Below are positions 25,380 through 36,763 of a DNA stretch of 64,000 nucleotides, piece by piece. This DNA comes from Takakia lepidozioides (taxonomy: Eukaryota; Plantae; Bryophyta), in assembly GCA_030704615.1 (NCBI GenBank), contig CM060732.1, forward strand, positions 80,042,001-80,106,000. The letters are read 5' to 3'. The stretch's first letter is position 1, and every line of letters begins with the position of its first letter. The notes under the pieces were generated by a model that was given only the letters and a program-made list of their open reading frames with translations, was not told the DNA's origin and ran no database searches. A program made the translations under genes and the position numbers.

Positions 25380-26330
25380 TAGCCAAGCTGACAATCCAGG
25401 TCAAGCAATTGAGATCCATTGCTTGCCCCAACACCTGACGACGTGATGCTTCAGAAAGAGAAGGCACCGCCGTGGTCCCAGTGGAAAACCCCATAGCCCG
25501 CTCTCTCGCTCGTCGGCATTAGGCTCCACTAACTGCTGCAACTGAGCATCCCACAGGAGGCCAGGTCCACCATCCCGAAAAGCATGGGATCCTGGGAAGC
25601 TGAGCAGTGTAGGTAATGCTGCTCGTGGGTGACCCACCCTGTTGACCACTGCCAACGGCGAACGGTCATATGTCTCACATGTTGAGACTGCCTCACTGTG
25701 TCCAAATGCCATCCACGGTGAGGTGTGTGGCGCTGCACCCCATCAAATGCACGCTTGAGCAGTGCGGGTGGCATCAAGTTAGTCCACCAAAGCCGTGGAC
25801 GATGAGCCCGTGACCCCACTGCAGCTGCATCCAGCAACACTGCTGACCCAAGCCACGACCGGACTTGATGCACACTGGCCATCACCCTGGCCCGAGAATC
25901 ACCCATCAGTGGCACATTCTCCAAGATGTATGCGGAGATACAGCTTGATGAAGCTGCAAGTGGCGCAAAATCCGCACCATCTCCCAAAACAGACCCGTCC
26001 TCGAGTCTCGCAATCCATTGCCATGCCCGGCTGATGAATGCCCTTGGCAGGGCCAACCTGCCACTACCAGATCAATGGAGCCAACCCGCTCCAAATCCTG
26101 CGCCCCCAGCAACGCAATGTCTGCTGGCAAGGCCTGCTGATATCCACGAACTGCAGACACCGGCAACAACTCAGGTACTGCTGCACCATCTGAGCAACAT
26201 GGCGCAGTGAGACGCGTCGTGCAGTCTCATCCCTCTCCACATACAGGTAACGTCGAACTCGTACACCTGCCTGCAGCACTGCAGCCAATCCAGTGCTGAT
26301 CCCGCCAAACAAGTCCAGAAGGCATATGCC
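25380..26330 (-). pseudogene. DNMT3-like DNA (cytosine-5)-methyltransferase domain embedded between protease and RT
   Basis: Motifs appear in canonical order across frameshifts. I: LLDLFGGISTG. II: YVERD. IV: DLVVAGWPCQG (catalytic PC, ~26041-26070). V: GLFWEMVRIL. VI: YILENV (~25913-25930). VIII: DAAAVGSRAHRPRLWWTNL. IX: EPNADERE..MGF. X: RRQVLGQAMDL. Confidence 0.92.
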
Positions 26331-26722
26331 TTCATCCGGCCGCTGCCACACAAGAGGTGTGGTATCCAATGGCGACAACTGAGGTGGTCCTGGTGCAATA
26401 CCCGCACTCTCCTCCTCTCCTGACGGAACAAAACCTCTGAAAGCCACCTGACTTTCCTGAACCGCTTGCTGCCTCTACCCTTGTTGTACCCGTCAATCAG
26501 CAACCTGCTGCAAATCCTTGCTCGTACCCCACAATGGAGTGTGAGCAACCATGGCAGGCAACTCCGCCATACCATGCATGTCATCCTGCTCTGCTGGAGG
26601 TGGCACATCCTCTGCATGGGCATTGCCTTCCAGCAACTCTCCAGGCCAACTAACTGCAGCTGTAAAGGCGGCTAGTGTTGGCATCTTGCCCCGCTGGGCA
26701 GCCGCTATACCCCCAATGAATG

Positions 26723-27200
26723 TCACAGGGAGCTGTGCACGGCGACCATCCCTGACTGCCATCCAGGCCTGTAGGATGCTGACTCCTCCCAAAAGTCCAG
26801 GGTGAAGCCCATGGGGTATAACACTGCCCCACCAACGAGGACATCGTAAGAGACCGCGTCTGTCACAATGGCCTTGGCTCGCATCACTGAGCCATCTATA
26901 GGATGATCCGGCTGCAGTCTAATGGCCAACTGATGCCGTGTCATGCCCCGAGCCTGCTCTGATCCTCCCAGAGATGTCTGTATCTGGAAAGGACAAGGCT
27001 CCATATCCGCCTCCATGAGGCCCAAACCTGCAATAGCAGCTCTGCCCAACATCAGTGGCTGAGCTCCCGAGTCCAACAAGACCCGCAGTGGCCGGTACTT
27101 CTTGCCTGCCGGTCCACTCAAAGAGAAAATGCCATCCTGGTTGTCTAACAAGACAACTCCAGGTGTCACCATGGCGCGCTCAAAGGCTGGCCTAGCTGGC
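26723..27200 (-). pseudogene. Retropepsin-like aspartic protease
   Basis: RVLLDSGAQPLMLG ... YDVLVGGAVL. Confidence 0.85.
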
Positions 27201-27853
27201 AGCTCCGTCAACCTGGCAGCTGCAGCTTGCCATGGCGCAGCCGTGGCAGTCTTGACCCTCAAATCCGAGGATCCCTCTGCCACTACACCTTCCACTAACT
27301 CCGCAGAAGATGAAGTGACCTCCCCACTCTCACAGAGTGTTGCTGCTAGTCTGAACACTGCAGCTGGTCTCACCCCGGCGTCGCAATCATTGTTGCCGAG
27401 AACAGTGGGGCTTGACACACAGAGGTGGCTGCCCCCAATAACACACCGGCCGCACTAGCCTTGGCAGCAGGAGTCAGTGCTGCACGTGTAGCTCTCCCCA
27501 ATGGCATAGTAACCTCCGCCTCGGTAACAGTCGGGCGAGAACTAGGTGCCATGGATGGCGTCGACACAGTCTCTCGCCAATGTGAATGACTGAGGAAGCC
27601 TCGCCTGACGGCTTGCCTCCCCACGCTGTGGATCCAATTCCACCTCTGCACCTCGTGGCTCAGGAACTCGTGCTGCTCCTCGAGTCACGGCTGCAGCAGA
27701 CTCCACCTGCTCTAGTGGTAGTGCTGCTGCTCCGCACATGAATCCCATGCCTCCCATATCTCCTCCCTCAGTACAGGAGTGTGACCATCCCGCCTGGGAG
27801 CCGGTCCCACCCACCCCACGCCTGAGCTATAGCCATGGCAGCGAGCCGCTGCT

Positions 27854-29305
27854 CTAGCTGCTGAAGCCGATTGGCCATGCCTTGGTCAACACCCTGACCT
27901 CCGCGTCCTTGGCCATGTGGAGCTTGCCTTGGCCTGCACCTCGTGCCCGACCACCTCGTCCTCTTTGGGCTGGTCCACCTCGCCCCCGGCCACCATTGTT
28001 CCCTTGGAACTGGCCTGGGCGCAACTCAGGATGCAAGTCATAACACTGGGCATCTCCATGCCCATACTTGCCACAATGCCCACATTGCAAGTGTGCAGGC
28101 TGTGCTTGTGCCGGCCTTTTGCTACTCTCTGGGCAATCTCTCTTGACATGGGGTCCTCCACATGTCCAACATATCACCCCTGGTTTTGTTGGCCTGCAAA
28201 AGATGCCACGGGCCTCTGCACCTGAGGTCCCCTGTAAGCTCCATGGAACTTGGGCTGGGCAACCTTGCCCCCCTGACCACGCTGTTGGGCAGTCCCTTGT
28301 GCCTGTGGACTGACAGCTGGCGCCCCGTGCAGGCATGTCCTTACCAAATCCAATTGTAACAACTCGCTCCTCCACCATGTTGAGCTCAATCCGCTCAGTC
28401 AGCAGAAACACATCTGCTAATGTGGGTTGGGCTGCTTGTAACAGGGTTGCATCTCGCACCCTTCTCTTGAGCTCCTTGTCCAGAATTCCATACCAAACTG
28501 GATTGCCTGAGCTTCAGTAACCCCTTGGGTCACACTTATCAAGCGCCTCATACGAGTGTACGCCTCTCGCAGGCTCTCACTGGGTTTGCGCTGGAAGTCT
28601 TGCAAACTTCGCAGCTTCTCTGTCCGTACACCTTGGTAGTTCCTCCTCCGCAACTCCTGGAAGAACTCCACCACCGGGTTGAATCTAGGCACATGTGTTG
28701 TAGTCGTGGCAGGAGGAGTAGTAGCACTTTTGAACTGGTACCACCTACAGAAGTACCACACTACTTGCTCCACTACTAGTGCTGGCAGTGGGAGCTATTG
28801 GTACTGATGCAGCTACTGGTCGCGTCGTGCCTCGAGTAATGGAGACGTAGTCAGGTGACCAATACATCCTCCACTCCTCAATCTCTGCTTCATGTCCTCG
28901 CCTGAACTCGTGGCAATCGTCCATAGGCGGGCCTTCCAAATGCTGGAACAGTCCCTTCCACGCCATGAATGGGGTGAATAGCTGTGGATTGCGCATCTGC
29001 TGCAAATCACACCAGCTGTCGAACTCCTGGATAAAGTCATCCAACTCGATTGTGCCCACAGCTCCAGAGTACCTACGAGGCCCCTTGGTAGCTCCATACA
29101 TCTCCTCCATGTCGTCCCACAACAATGGCGAATGAAAGTGCACACCTGTTGATGAAGCCTCCGAGTCTGTGTCTGACTCTACAGTAATTGAGGGTGGCGG
29201 TGAAGGTGGTCTGAACCGAATACCTCGTCTTGTGAACCCACTCTCACTGTTACTGCCGTAGTAGCCGTACCCCCTCAAAACCCTTGGGTAACTCCGTAAT
29301 GACAC
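27854..29305 (-). pseudogene. Gag (capsid plus two zinc knuckles), frameshifted
   Basis: RYSG...LDDFIQEF; FQRKPSESLREAYTRMRRL (major homology region-like); CWTCGGPHVKRDC and CGHCGKYGHGDAQC; RGG-rich tail. Confidence 0.85.
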
Positions 29306-29846
29306 TCACAATGTGCACCTCCTCCACGTGACACTATAAGGCTCTAGTACTAATTCTAATAGTGACACGGGTGGGCACCTGTTGCAGTTTAAGGGTCATA
29401 TCCCAATGGCTCAGGGCACCTGCACCTGCATCCACCGCAAGAACTCCTATGGTTGGCTGGTCATCAACCCAGCCTCACCATAGAAGAAACACTAGTGGTC
29501 TTGCTGGTCATCACTCCAGCCTCACCACCGACAGCATACTCTAGGATTGACCGGTGATCAAATCCGGCCTAATCCCTATGAAAGCAAGCGCCCACACAAA
29601 ACCAACATGGCGCACAGTCAAGCATGCAGGTGTTGGGGGGGATCCAAACACAAGAAATGAAAACATCAACACCCCCACACCAAAATCCAGCTGCAATGCT
29701 GATCCTGCAGAATATCCCAGCCCAAAACCCCGGACTGACTGGCCTCCACCAAGAGAGGCTTTGGCAACTACGAGTACAAGGTAATGAAAATAGTACAGAG
29801 ATGAAGGGAAGAATAGAAGCCCGACCAAGCAAGATCTAATCCTGAT

Positions 29847-30596
29847 CTATGCTATCAACTGCCAGACTTCTCTCAAAGTGCCTCGCTCTGCATGATGGTA
29901 AGGTGTAGGAGGTATATCTATGTCCAGAAACCTGCCACTAACCTTGTCCCAAGCTACAGTAGCTCGCTCTAACCAACCCTCCTCCTCTTTCTGCCAGGTA
30001 GAGACAAAGCAATACTCCCCTATCTCCCGCTCACTGAACACTAAAGAAAACAAAGGTAGGGTCTGATAGTCTCTCAACTCGAAAGCTTTGAGACGGTTGC
30101 GGGTGTCCTCATTGCGAATGACTGCATCTCCTTCAAGCACAACAAACATGTCATTGCTGATGAACCCCCGCTCGTGGTTGCCCTGTGCAGAGCGTATCCG
30201 GCTGCAACCATGTCTGATTGCACAAACTTGTGTAGCTCCTGCTCCTCTGCTCCAGTACACCACGGCCTTGTGGCTGAACACCTTGGTCCCCGGGGCTGTC
30301 TTTGGCTGTGTTCCAAGCCTAGCTTTCACCCACTTTGGTATTTCACCTACAGCTGCAGAACTGCTGGCTCCAACAGAGTTCTGACTGTCCAAGGCGATAT
30401 TGAGGCCCTCAATGCCAACTACAACAGTCTGTTGTCTACTGCTAATGCCTGACTCCCAGTATGCAATCAACTCGTCCAACTGTTCTCCACTCAAATCAGT
30501 CTGAGTTCCTTGGGAAACATAAATCCTGTCCCCTTGTGTGCACAGACTAAGAGAAGAGACCTGCCCTTCAATTACGTCCTCATTTCCCCCAGCCAT
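29847..30596 (-). CDS. Unknown 249-aa protein upstream of gag, same strand
   Basis: ATG-started uninterrupted ORF with globular-protein composition. No family was recognised with confidence. Confidence 0.5.
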   Translation of the reverse strand: MAGGNEDVIEGQVSSLSLCTQGDRIYVSQGTQTDLSGEQLDELIAYWESGISSRQQTVVVGIEGLNIALDSQNSVGASSSAAVGEIPKWVKARLGTQPKTAPGTKVFSHKAVVYWSRGAGATQVCAIRHGCSRIRSAQGNHERGFISNDMFVVLEGDAVIRNEDTRNRLKAFELRDYQTLPLFSLVFSEREIGEYCFVSTWQKEEEGWLERATVAWDKVSGRFLDIDIPPTPYHHAERGTLREVWQLIA

Positions 30597-31188
30597 GCAA
30601 GGAGTACATCCACCAATTTGTCTCTCATATAGACCAGCACAGGTTCTAGAGACAGGATTGTGGATCTTTCATAGCACACTCACACTCTAAAAATTCCATA
30701 GATTTTTAGCAGAGTCCCAAAAACAAAAACCAGATAGGTAGATAGGTAGATATCCCCTTTCTGCAGCTATCCCCTCAAAAACTGAGTCAAACGGAGCTCA
30801 TTTGACAAAGATATGACCAACCAGGCTCTTTAAACATTTAAATTAGATCAAAAGGCCCCTTTTTTTTTTTCTTTTTAATTTTTTTTTTTAATACTTGTCT
30901 AGGTTCCCTGTTCCCTGGTTATCTACGGGTTCCCGAGGCCGTTCCCCGACTATGCTGACTCCGGGTCTTTGCTCTCACGGGGCTTCATGTTCGCCATCGC
31001 CCAGGGAGAGATAGAGGCAAGGCGGACGCAGACGAGGGCAGCGATGGCCAAGCCTGCGCGAGCAAGCAGGAACAAGGAGGTGGTGTGGGGTTTTGGCCGA
31101 TTCGGCCGATCAAAGACCTGATCAAAGGGTTGCGCATGAGCAGCTTTGCATGCTCGTCAATCTTCAAAGCCATGCAGCAGAGATGCCT

Positions 31189-31268
31189 GCTCCTGGTTCT
31201 GCTCCGTCAGCTCCTACCAGCTCCTGGTTCTGCTCAGTCAGCTCCTACCAGCTCCTGGTTCTGCTCAG
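31189..31268. repeat. 31-bp tandem repeat, about 2.6 copies
   Basis: GCTCCTGGTTCTGCTC(C/A)GTCAGCTCCTACCA. Confidence 0.9.
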
Positions 31269-31809
31269 CCCTTCCCAGCCCTTGCTCTCAAAGGTTGTCC
31301 ACTCAACCTCTCTCAAGCTGACCCCAAGTCTACCTGCATCACTCCCATGATTTACAGGCGACTTCCCTCCCCTTCATTTCTTGTCACGGCAAATGACGGC
31401 ATCAATATGGAATCCTTATGGATAACTGCAAATGACATTGATATCTTCATGGCGAAAAATCCAATTGACAACAGCCCAATCCCTACTTTCCGCACTAAGA
31501 TTGACAATTTCGAGCACGACTCGCACATCTGTCTCTTCACCCTCATGCTGGGATCACATGGGGGGCTTTCATTGAAGACTGTCTTCCTCTACCAGGTTGT
31601 TCGATGGGAGACAAATGTCGGGGCGACCCTGCCTGTGGGTTCTGGTGGCCTTCGTGGCATGGATGGGGAGCACCTGCGCTGAGATCGACTCCACCTACCC
31701 TGACGAGCCTGTCAATACTGATTTCGACAACTGTTGAGCTACATTGCGGAGACATCTGACCAAGACGACGTTCCTACTTCGGAGAGCAATGCACTAGCGT
31801 TGTCTGCTG

Positions 31810-32035
31810 GATTTTCAAGCGCAGTTCAAGCGGTCATTTGCCCGGCAATATCTATCACATTCAGGGGGGATGGTATGTTCAACACCATCATTTCTTGGAA
31901 CGACACTGCAGGTGTTTTTGATGACCAAGACGTGCTTCTGAAGACCTTCGGTTCACTGACTGCACAGAAGAAGAACGAATCTCGCATGGACACTGGTTTT
32001 TCTTTCGTGGATTGCTCTGTTTTTGGAACTGGCCT
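31810..32035 (+). pseudogene. Internally deleted pectin methylesterase fragments
   Basis: ITFRGDGMFNTIISWNDTA and GSLTAQKKNESRMDTGFSFVDCSVFGTG are PME signature segments that normally lie much further apart. Confidence 0.75.
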
Positions 32036-32059
32036 GGAGCACTTGTTTTGAAGAACCCA

Positions 32060-32500
32060 TGCACTCCACCAGCCTGCGTAATGCCTCACGATGTGCGCTC
32101 ATATCTTTGCTACCAAATCCTTCACCTTCTTCTCCCCTTCTGAAGGCCTCTTGTGCCTCTTGAAACAACGTCTTGACGTTGCTGGCAGCTTCACTTGTCT
32201 TCTCCTGACTGGTTTGCGCAGCGTCTGATATGGTGGAACGGAAATCCTTGCTAGCACCCTTCGGTGGAGTTTTTGGCCTTACCAACGTTACTCTCAGTAC
32301 CCTTCTTGGCATCGGATGTGGAGCCAAGGACAGCTTCTTTCAGATTCTTAGCCTGCTGTCGGATAGTCGAGCCAAGATTCTCTGCCTGGTCGGTACCATC
32401 CTCCAGATTTCTCTTGCTGGTGCAGGCAGCAGAATCAGCTCGATTCTTCAGATCAGCTAACGCCTTCCCTGCCTACGGCGGTGCACGGCTCTCATCCAGC
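32060..32500 (-). pseudogene. LEA-like hydrophilic protein fragment (frameshifted)
   Basis: A/K/E/T/S-rich helical sequence: LADLKNRADSAA...QQAKNLKEAVLG / SDAAQTSQEKTSEAASNVK. Frameshift near 32255. Confidence 0.4.
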
Positions 32501-32915
32501 CAAGCAGTCAGCAGCGCAGCCTACACACCCCACTCTTAGATATATCCACAGGTTGACAGAAAATCGCAACAACATCTCAAGCCTCCTGTTCTGATCCCTG
32601 TGACCAAGCTATATTATCATAGTGCTTAAAAAACAAAAACATAATATCTAGCTTAGCACTGGAAAACTAGATAGAGTGATCTCTCTCGAGTGATAAACAA
32701 ACCAACGAACACACTTGGAAAACCAAACCATCATCACTCTTTGAAATAGTAGTCGAGCCAGGGGCACCCCAAGCTATGGGGACTCCACCCCACAACAACC
32801 TACACTCCCATCATAAGCACACTCATATCTGAAGCGATGAAGGAGCTCGGTCACACAGGCTCAACTCGAGAGAGATGAGCCGCGCGACTGCCGCTCTCGT
32901 GAAGATAAGACGGAC

Positions 32916-32987
32916 CAGGTGTCAAACTAAACTTGACACCTGATTTAACACTTGCCCTAAATCCAAGTGTTAAATACAAAAAACTAG
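32916..32987 (+). mobile_element. Double hairpin plus CTAG: putative Helitron 3' terminus
   Basis: CAGGTGTCAA-7nt-TTGACACCTG (32916-32942) and ATTTAACACTTG-9nt-CAAGTGTTAAAT (32943-32975), then 8 nt and CTAG|T. Confidence 0.5.
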
Positions 32988-33064
32988 TTTTATGCTAGCT
33001 GTTTTCATACTGTGCTTATTTAACTTGACAGCTCGGATGGGTTATGGGAATGGACGGTGGCGAT

Positions 33065-33250
33065 CCTGCGCCGTCAGCGGACTGGATGGCAGGGGACTGG
33101 CCAGCGGACTGGCGGACTGGCAGACTGCTGGGCAGCGGACTGTCCAGCACCGGACTGGCGGATTGGCAGACTGCTGGGCAGCGGGCAGACTGGCGGACTG
33201 GCAGACTGGCAGACTGGAGGGCAGCGGACTCATGGGCGGGGGACTGGCCG
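33065..33250. repeat. GC-rich array of C(A/G)GACTG motifs
   Basis: More than ten copies of CGGACTGG/CAGACTG in under 200 bp. Confidence 0.8.
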
Positions 33251-34151
33251 CGCGGCGGACGGGGGCGCGGGCGCGGTTGTTGCAGCCGCACCCACAGCTA
33301 GGCAACCGCGCGTAGCGCGGGTGGGGCGCTGGGGAGCCGGGCGTCCGTGCGCGGGGCCCACCGGCCACATCGCACGTGCCCATTGAAGACCCTATTATCT
33401 TAAAATGAGAGGCCCCAAAAATCAGGGGTTTGGGACACTCCAGCAGGGTTGACTTGACCACATGGCAGGCAGATGGGGCTGGGTCTCGGCATTTGCTGGC
33501 GACGGGTATCAGCGGGGCTCCACAAAAAGCGAGCAGACACAAAATAGCCCCCATGAGTTCATGGGTTTTCATGACGTGGCCCCTTTTTTTTGCCGGAATT
33601 ATCTACCGGCTCAGGCAATACTTCGCCTGAGCTGGGATTCAAGTAGGAGTTAAAATCTCCGCCTGCATTTTGGTTAGAAATCAGAAATTATTTTTTGGAG
33701 GTAGTAGGAAATCATTCAAGGAACAATTCCACCGTTGGAATTGTGGTTCCAATGCCAATTTGGACCCCTATGGCTGAATTACAGGTCAATTGAGGTAAAT
33801 GGTGCTTTTTGACCCCAATGTTTTCCCATACAAAGCAACCCTATGCAGATTTTGGAATTGTGCTTTGCAAATTTGGGGCAAGATGCTTTAGGTGCTTGTG
33901 AACTGGAATGTGGTTGGGGTCTAAAATACTTTTTCGGACCAAGAGCCTGGTCAAACAATATTTCCCTCTAAAATTGGAGTACACTACAGATTTAGGGCTT
34001 ACCATTTTGTTATAATCTTCCTAATGACACGGTAAAATGAGCTGGAATTTTTACAGCGGGTGCATGAGGTAGGTAGCCTTCATTTCATACGGTTCATCCC
34101 TGTGGATGTTTGTTAGCTGGGAGATATACCCTTATCCGTGAGGGTATGTGC

Positions 34152-34991
34152 CAGTGTTGGGCGGTTACCCACCAGGACCCAGGTTAACCGCCGGTTCAGG
34201 TTCAGGTTAACCGGAACCGGGCCCATTCCTACAGAACCTGACCCGGAACTGGAACCTGCCAATGGGGATCGGCGCAGAACCGAACCGGCGGTTCCTGCTG
34301 GGTGTGAGAACCGGGGCGCACGGGGATAAAAACAAGTTCAGGATTTTGAACCCTTAGTGGGCCTTGGCATAACATGGCATAACACTAGAGAGCTGGTGGG
34401 CCAAAACTTCTTTAATGCTCTCAAGCTCCTGAGATTGAGATCCTGGGTTCAATGCTTGAAGGCCATGAGATTCTATGTTCAATGCTTCAGCGCCATGAGA
34501 TCTTGGGTTCAATCTCCAGCTCCATGATATCCTGGCTAAGTTCATTAATAAAATGTTTGAAGATGCCAATACTTGCCAGGTAGCTGAATAGTACTTTCAA
34601 CCCATAAAATTTTACCCATTTTCTTCTACCAGTTTATTTAGAGTATTTTTGTTTGTTTTTTTGTGTTAGTGAAAACTAACAAAATCGTTGGATTTTAGTT
34701 CAAATATGTGAATACACTGCTATTTAATCTACGGGACTGATAAAATATTTTAAATCTAATTAAATTAAACAATTAAAAAAAAATAGAACCGGAACTTAAC
34801 CAGAACCGTTGGTTTTTATCAGCAACTAACCGGTAACTGGAACCGCCCCCATGTTTAAAAGTTGGATCCGGAACCTGACCGGAACCGGCTCAATAAAAAC
34901 AAACCGGAACCGGATCCGGAACCGTCTCTTGAAATAATTGTGGAACCTGAACCGAAGGTTCCTCCACAAATGCAAGAACCGCCCAACACTG
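34152..34991. mobile_element. Non-autonomous hAT element (MITE-like)
   Basis: Perfect 15-bp TIRs CAGTGTTGGGCGGTT / AACCGCCCAACACTG. 8-bp TSD GTATGTGC at 34144-34151 and 34992-34999. Subterminal AACCGG arrays. Confidence 0.95.
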
Positions 34992-36763
34992 GTATGTGCT
35001 GTTTTGGAGTGGGCCCACCAAAAACAGCCTCGTCCATTAGGGGTTAAAGAAAGTTGGACGATATTGTTTCTGAAGTGCAAGTAGAGTCACCTTGGAAACA
35101 TGATTATGACAAGATTTGAGCGTGTAAATTCGAGGAAGAACTAAATCCGATTTGACAGGATGGATTTCTCGACTCAGTTCCAGGGTTTCTTAGATGATAC
35201 AGCCCTACACGGGTATCACTGGTTAGTGGGTAGTGAGTTGTATCAAAGGGGACAGGGCAGCTATGGGAAACCCAATGCACTTGCCGCATGTAAGTAGTCT
35301 GTCAAGTCTTCTCTAATCACCGTCTGTAGGATGAGGATCCCGGGCAGAGATCTGACCCCTCAAAACCCTTCGGATTCCATCTAACTGAAATTCTCTCACC
35401 TACTCACCGTTGGGCTCCATGGATTTAGCCTGTAGCAGAATTGTACCGGCTGTCCTTCCTTGACTCACCTTGAGCAACCCCTACTAATGGTAGTACAAAG
35501 GAAACAAAGTTCTGAAAACGGGAGGGTGGGTTGTGGGTTGATCTTCTGAAGATCTCTCCGATATCGGTACTGATATCAACCTCGTGCCTAAAAAACTGTT
35601 AGCGTCTTTTATTGTCCTGCACTACATCCTTGTAATCTCCCATGTATTTCTCTGAATTTTGTGAGGTGGTAGGGGGCCAAACTAGTTTTATCCAGCTCAC
35701 TAGTTTTATCCAGGTCAATACAGGGATGTTAGCTTTGGACTAGATCAGCTTTCTTGGCAAAAGAGTGGTTGGGACATCAGGGCACATCTGATGAGGCGCT
35801 GGGTTTGAGAAAATGTCCAGACTCCTGGCAGCTCCGGGTGTACAAATGTCACAAGAAACCGATGCAGGTGCAAATGAGAGTGAATGCACTTGCAGTAAAT
35901 GCACGCAGCAAACTCATCGGTACAACTACTATTTTTGCAAGCTGGCTAGTGCATTTCACACTTGATAATAAGGACGACCGCTACCTCACAACGTGTCGTG
36001 TGGAGTAGCGAGTTGCACACACAAAACCTGAGGTACAGTTGAGAGAAGCAGAAAAAATTGAAGTGCCCTCCCACTGTTATGATGTAGTTTTGAGACACTC
36101 TGGAATTAATAGACCCAGTACAGATCCAGTGCACTTTTGGAAAAAGAAGCCGGTCAGTTGCCTCCATACTTTGGTCAGTTTCATACATCTTTCACCAGTA
36201 GATCTGGGTCTCAATACATCCTTGATCATTGGAGGCAGAAAGCTTGCTCAAAGCTAAGGTCTTTCAGGCCTCTTAACACTGCAGTGACGCGTTCGAAGGG
36301 AATTTACTAATGGGGAATCGCATTCAGCTTTCGTCCTTCAGCAAGCAGAGGATGAAGGATTCCCTACTCTAGTGGAATTCAGATGCTGTGACCACCGCCA
36401 TTCACCAACTACAATTTTCGCTTGGTCAACTAGATCTCAGATTGAATAATCTTAAACGATCGAACTTAGGATCCCTCTATCAATATAATATGTACATTTG
36501 GACCTCTATCGTGCAGTTCATATCAAGTAGCTACAGAATTGGTTCTTAGATGTGTACATGTATCACAGCACTTGGTATGAGCAAATTATTGGAAGAAGGT
36601 TCCAACATCGGTGCCAGCAGCTCTTGGGAACTACCTCACCTAATCTCTAGAAGGATAGAGGGCTTATTAAATTGTGCGTCGGTCAGCAATAAATCTCTTC
36701 AATACGCAATCAAGTGCAAGATTTCCATGGAATGAATCAGGGGTGGATAGGGCAAGCATGACC

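Larger units (their letters stand above)
14640..29305 (-). mobile_element. Degenerate Ty3/Gypsy-type retroelement encoding a DNMT3-like methyltransferase and a PHD finger (interrupted by the chromovirus)
   Basis: Domains are colinear on the minus strand: gag, protease, C5-MTase, RT, RNase H, integrase, PHD. There are multiple frameshifts and a premature stop. An LTR pair was not found, so the ends are approximate. Confidence 0.88.
1060..33700. mobile_element. Large MULE (Ulp1-bearing, KAONASHI/VANDAL-like organisation) hosting nested insertions; termini not resolved
   Basis: Transposase (+) and Ulp1 gene (-) are convergent. The CAGACT/CGGACT motif that saturates 6.5-13.8 kb reappears at 33.06-33.25 kb. 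No TIR or TSD was identified, so both limits are tentative. Confidence 0.4.

Noticed and set aside
32992-33572. ORFs over the GC-rich 33-kb repeat
   Set aside because: Products of low-complexity repeats lacking stop codons.
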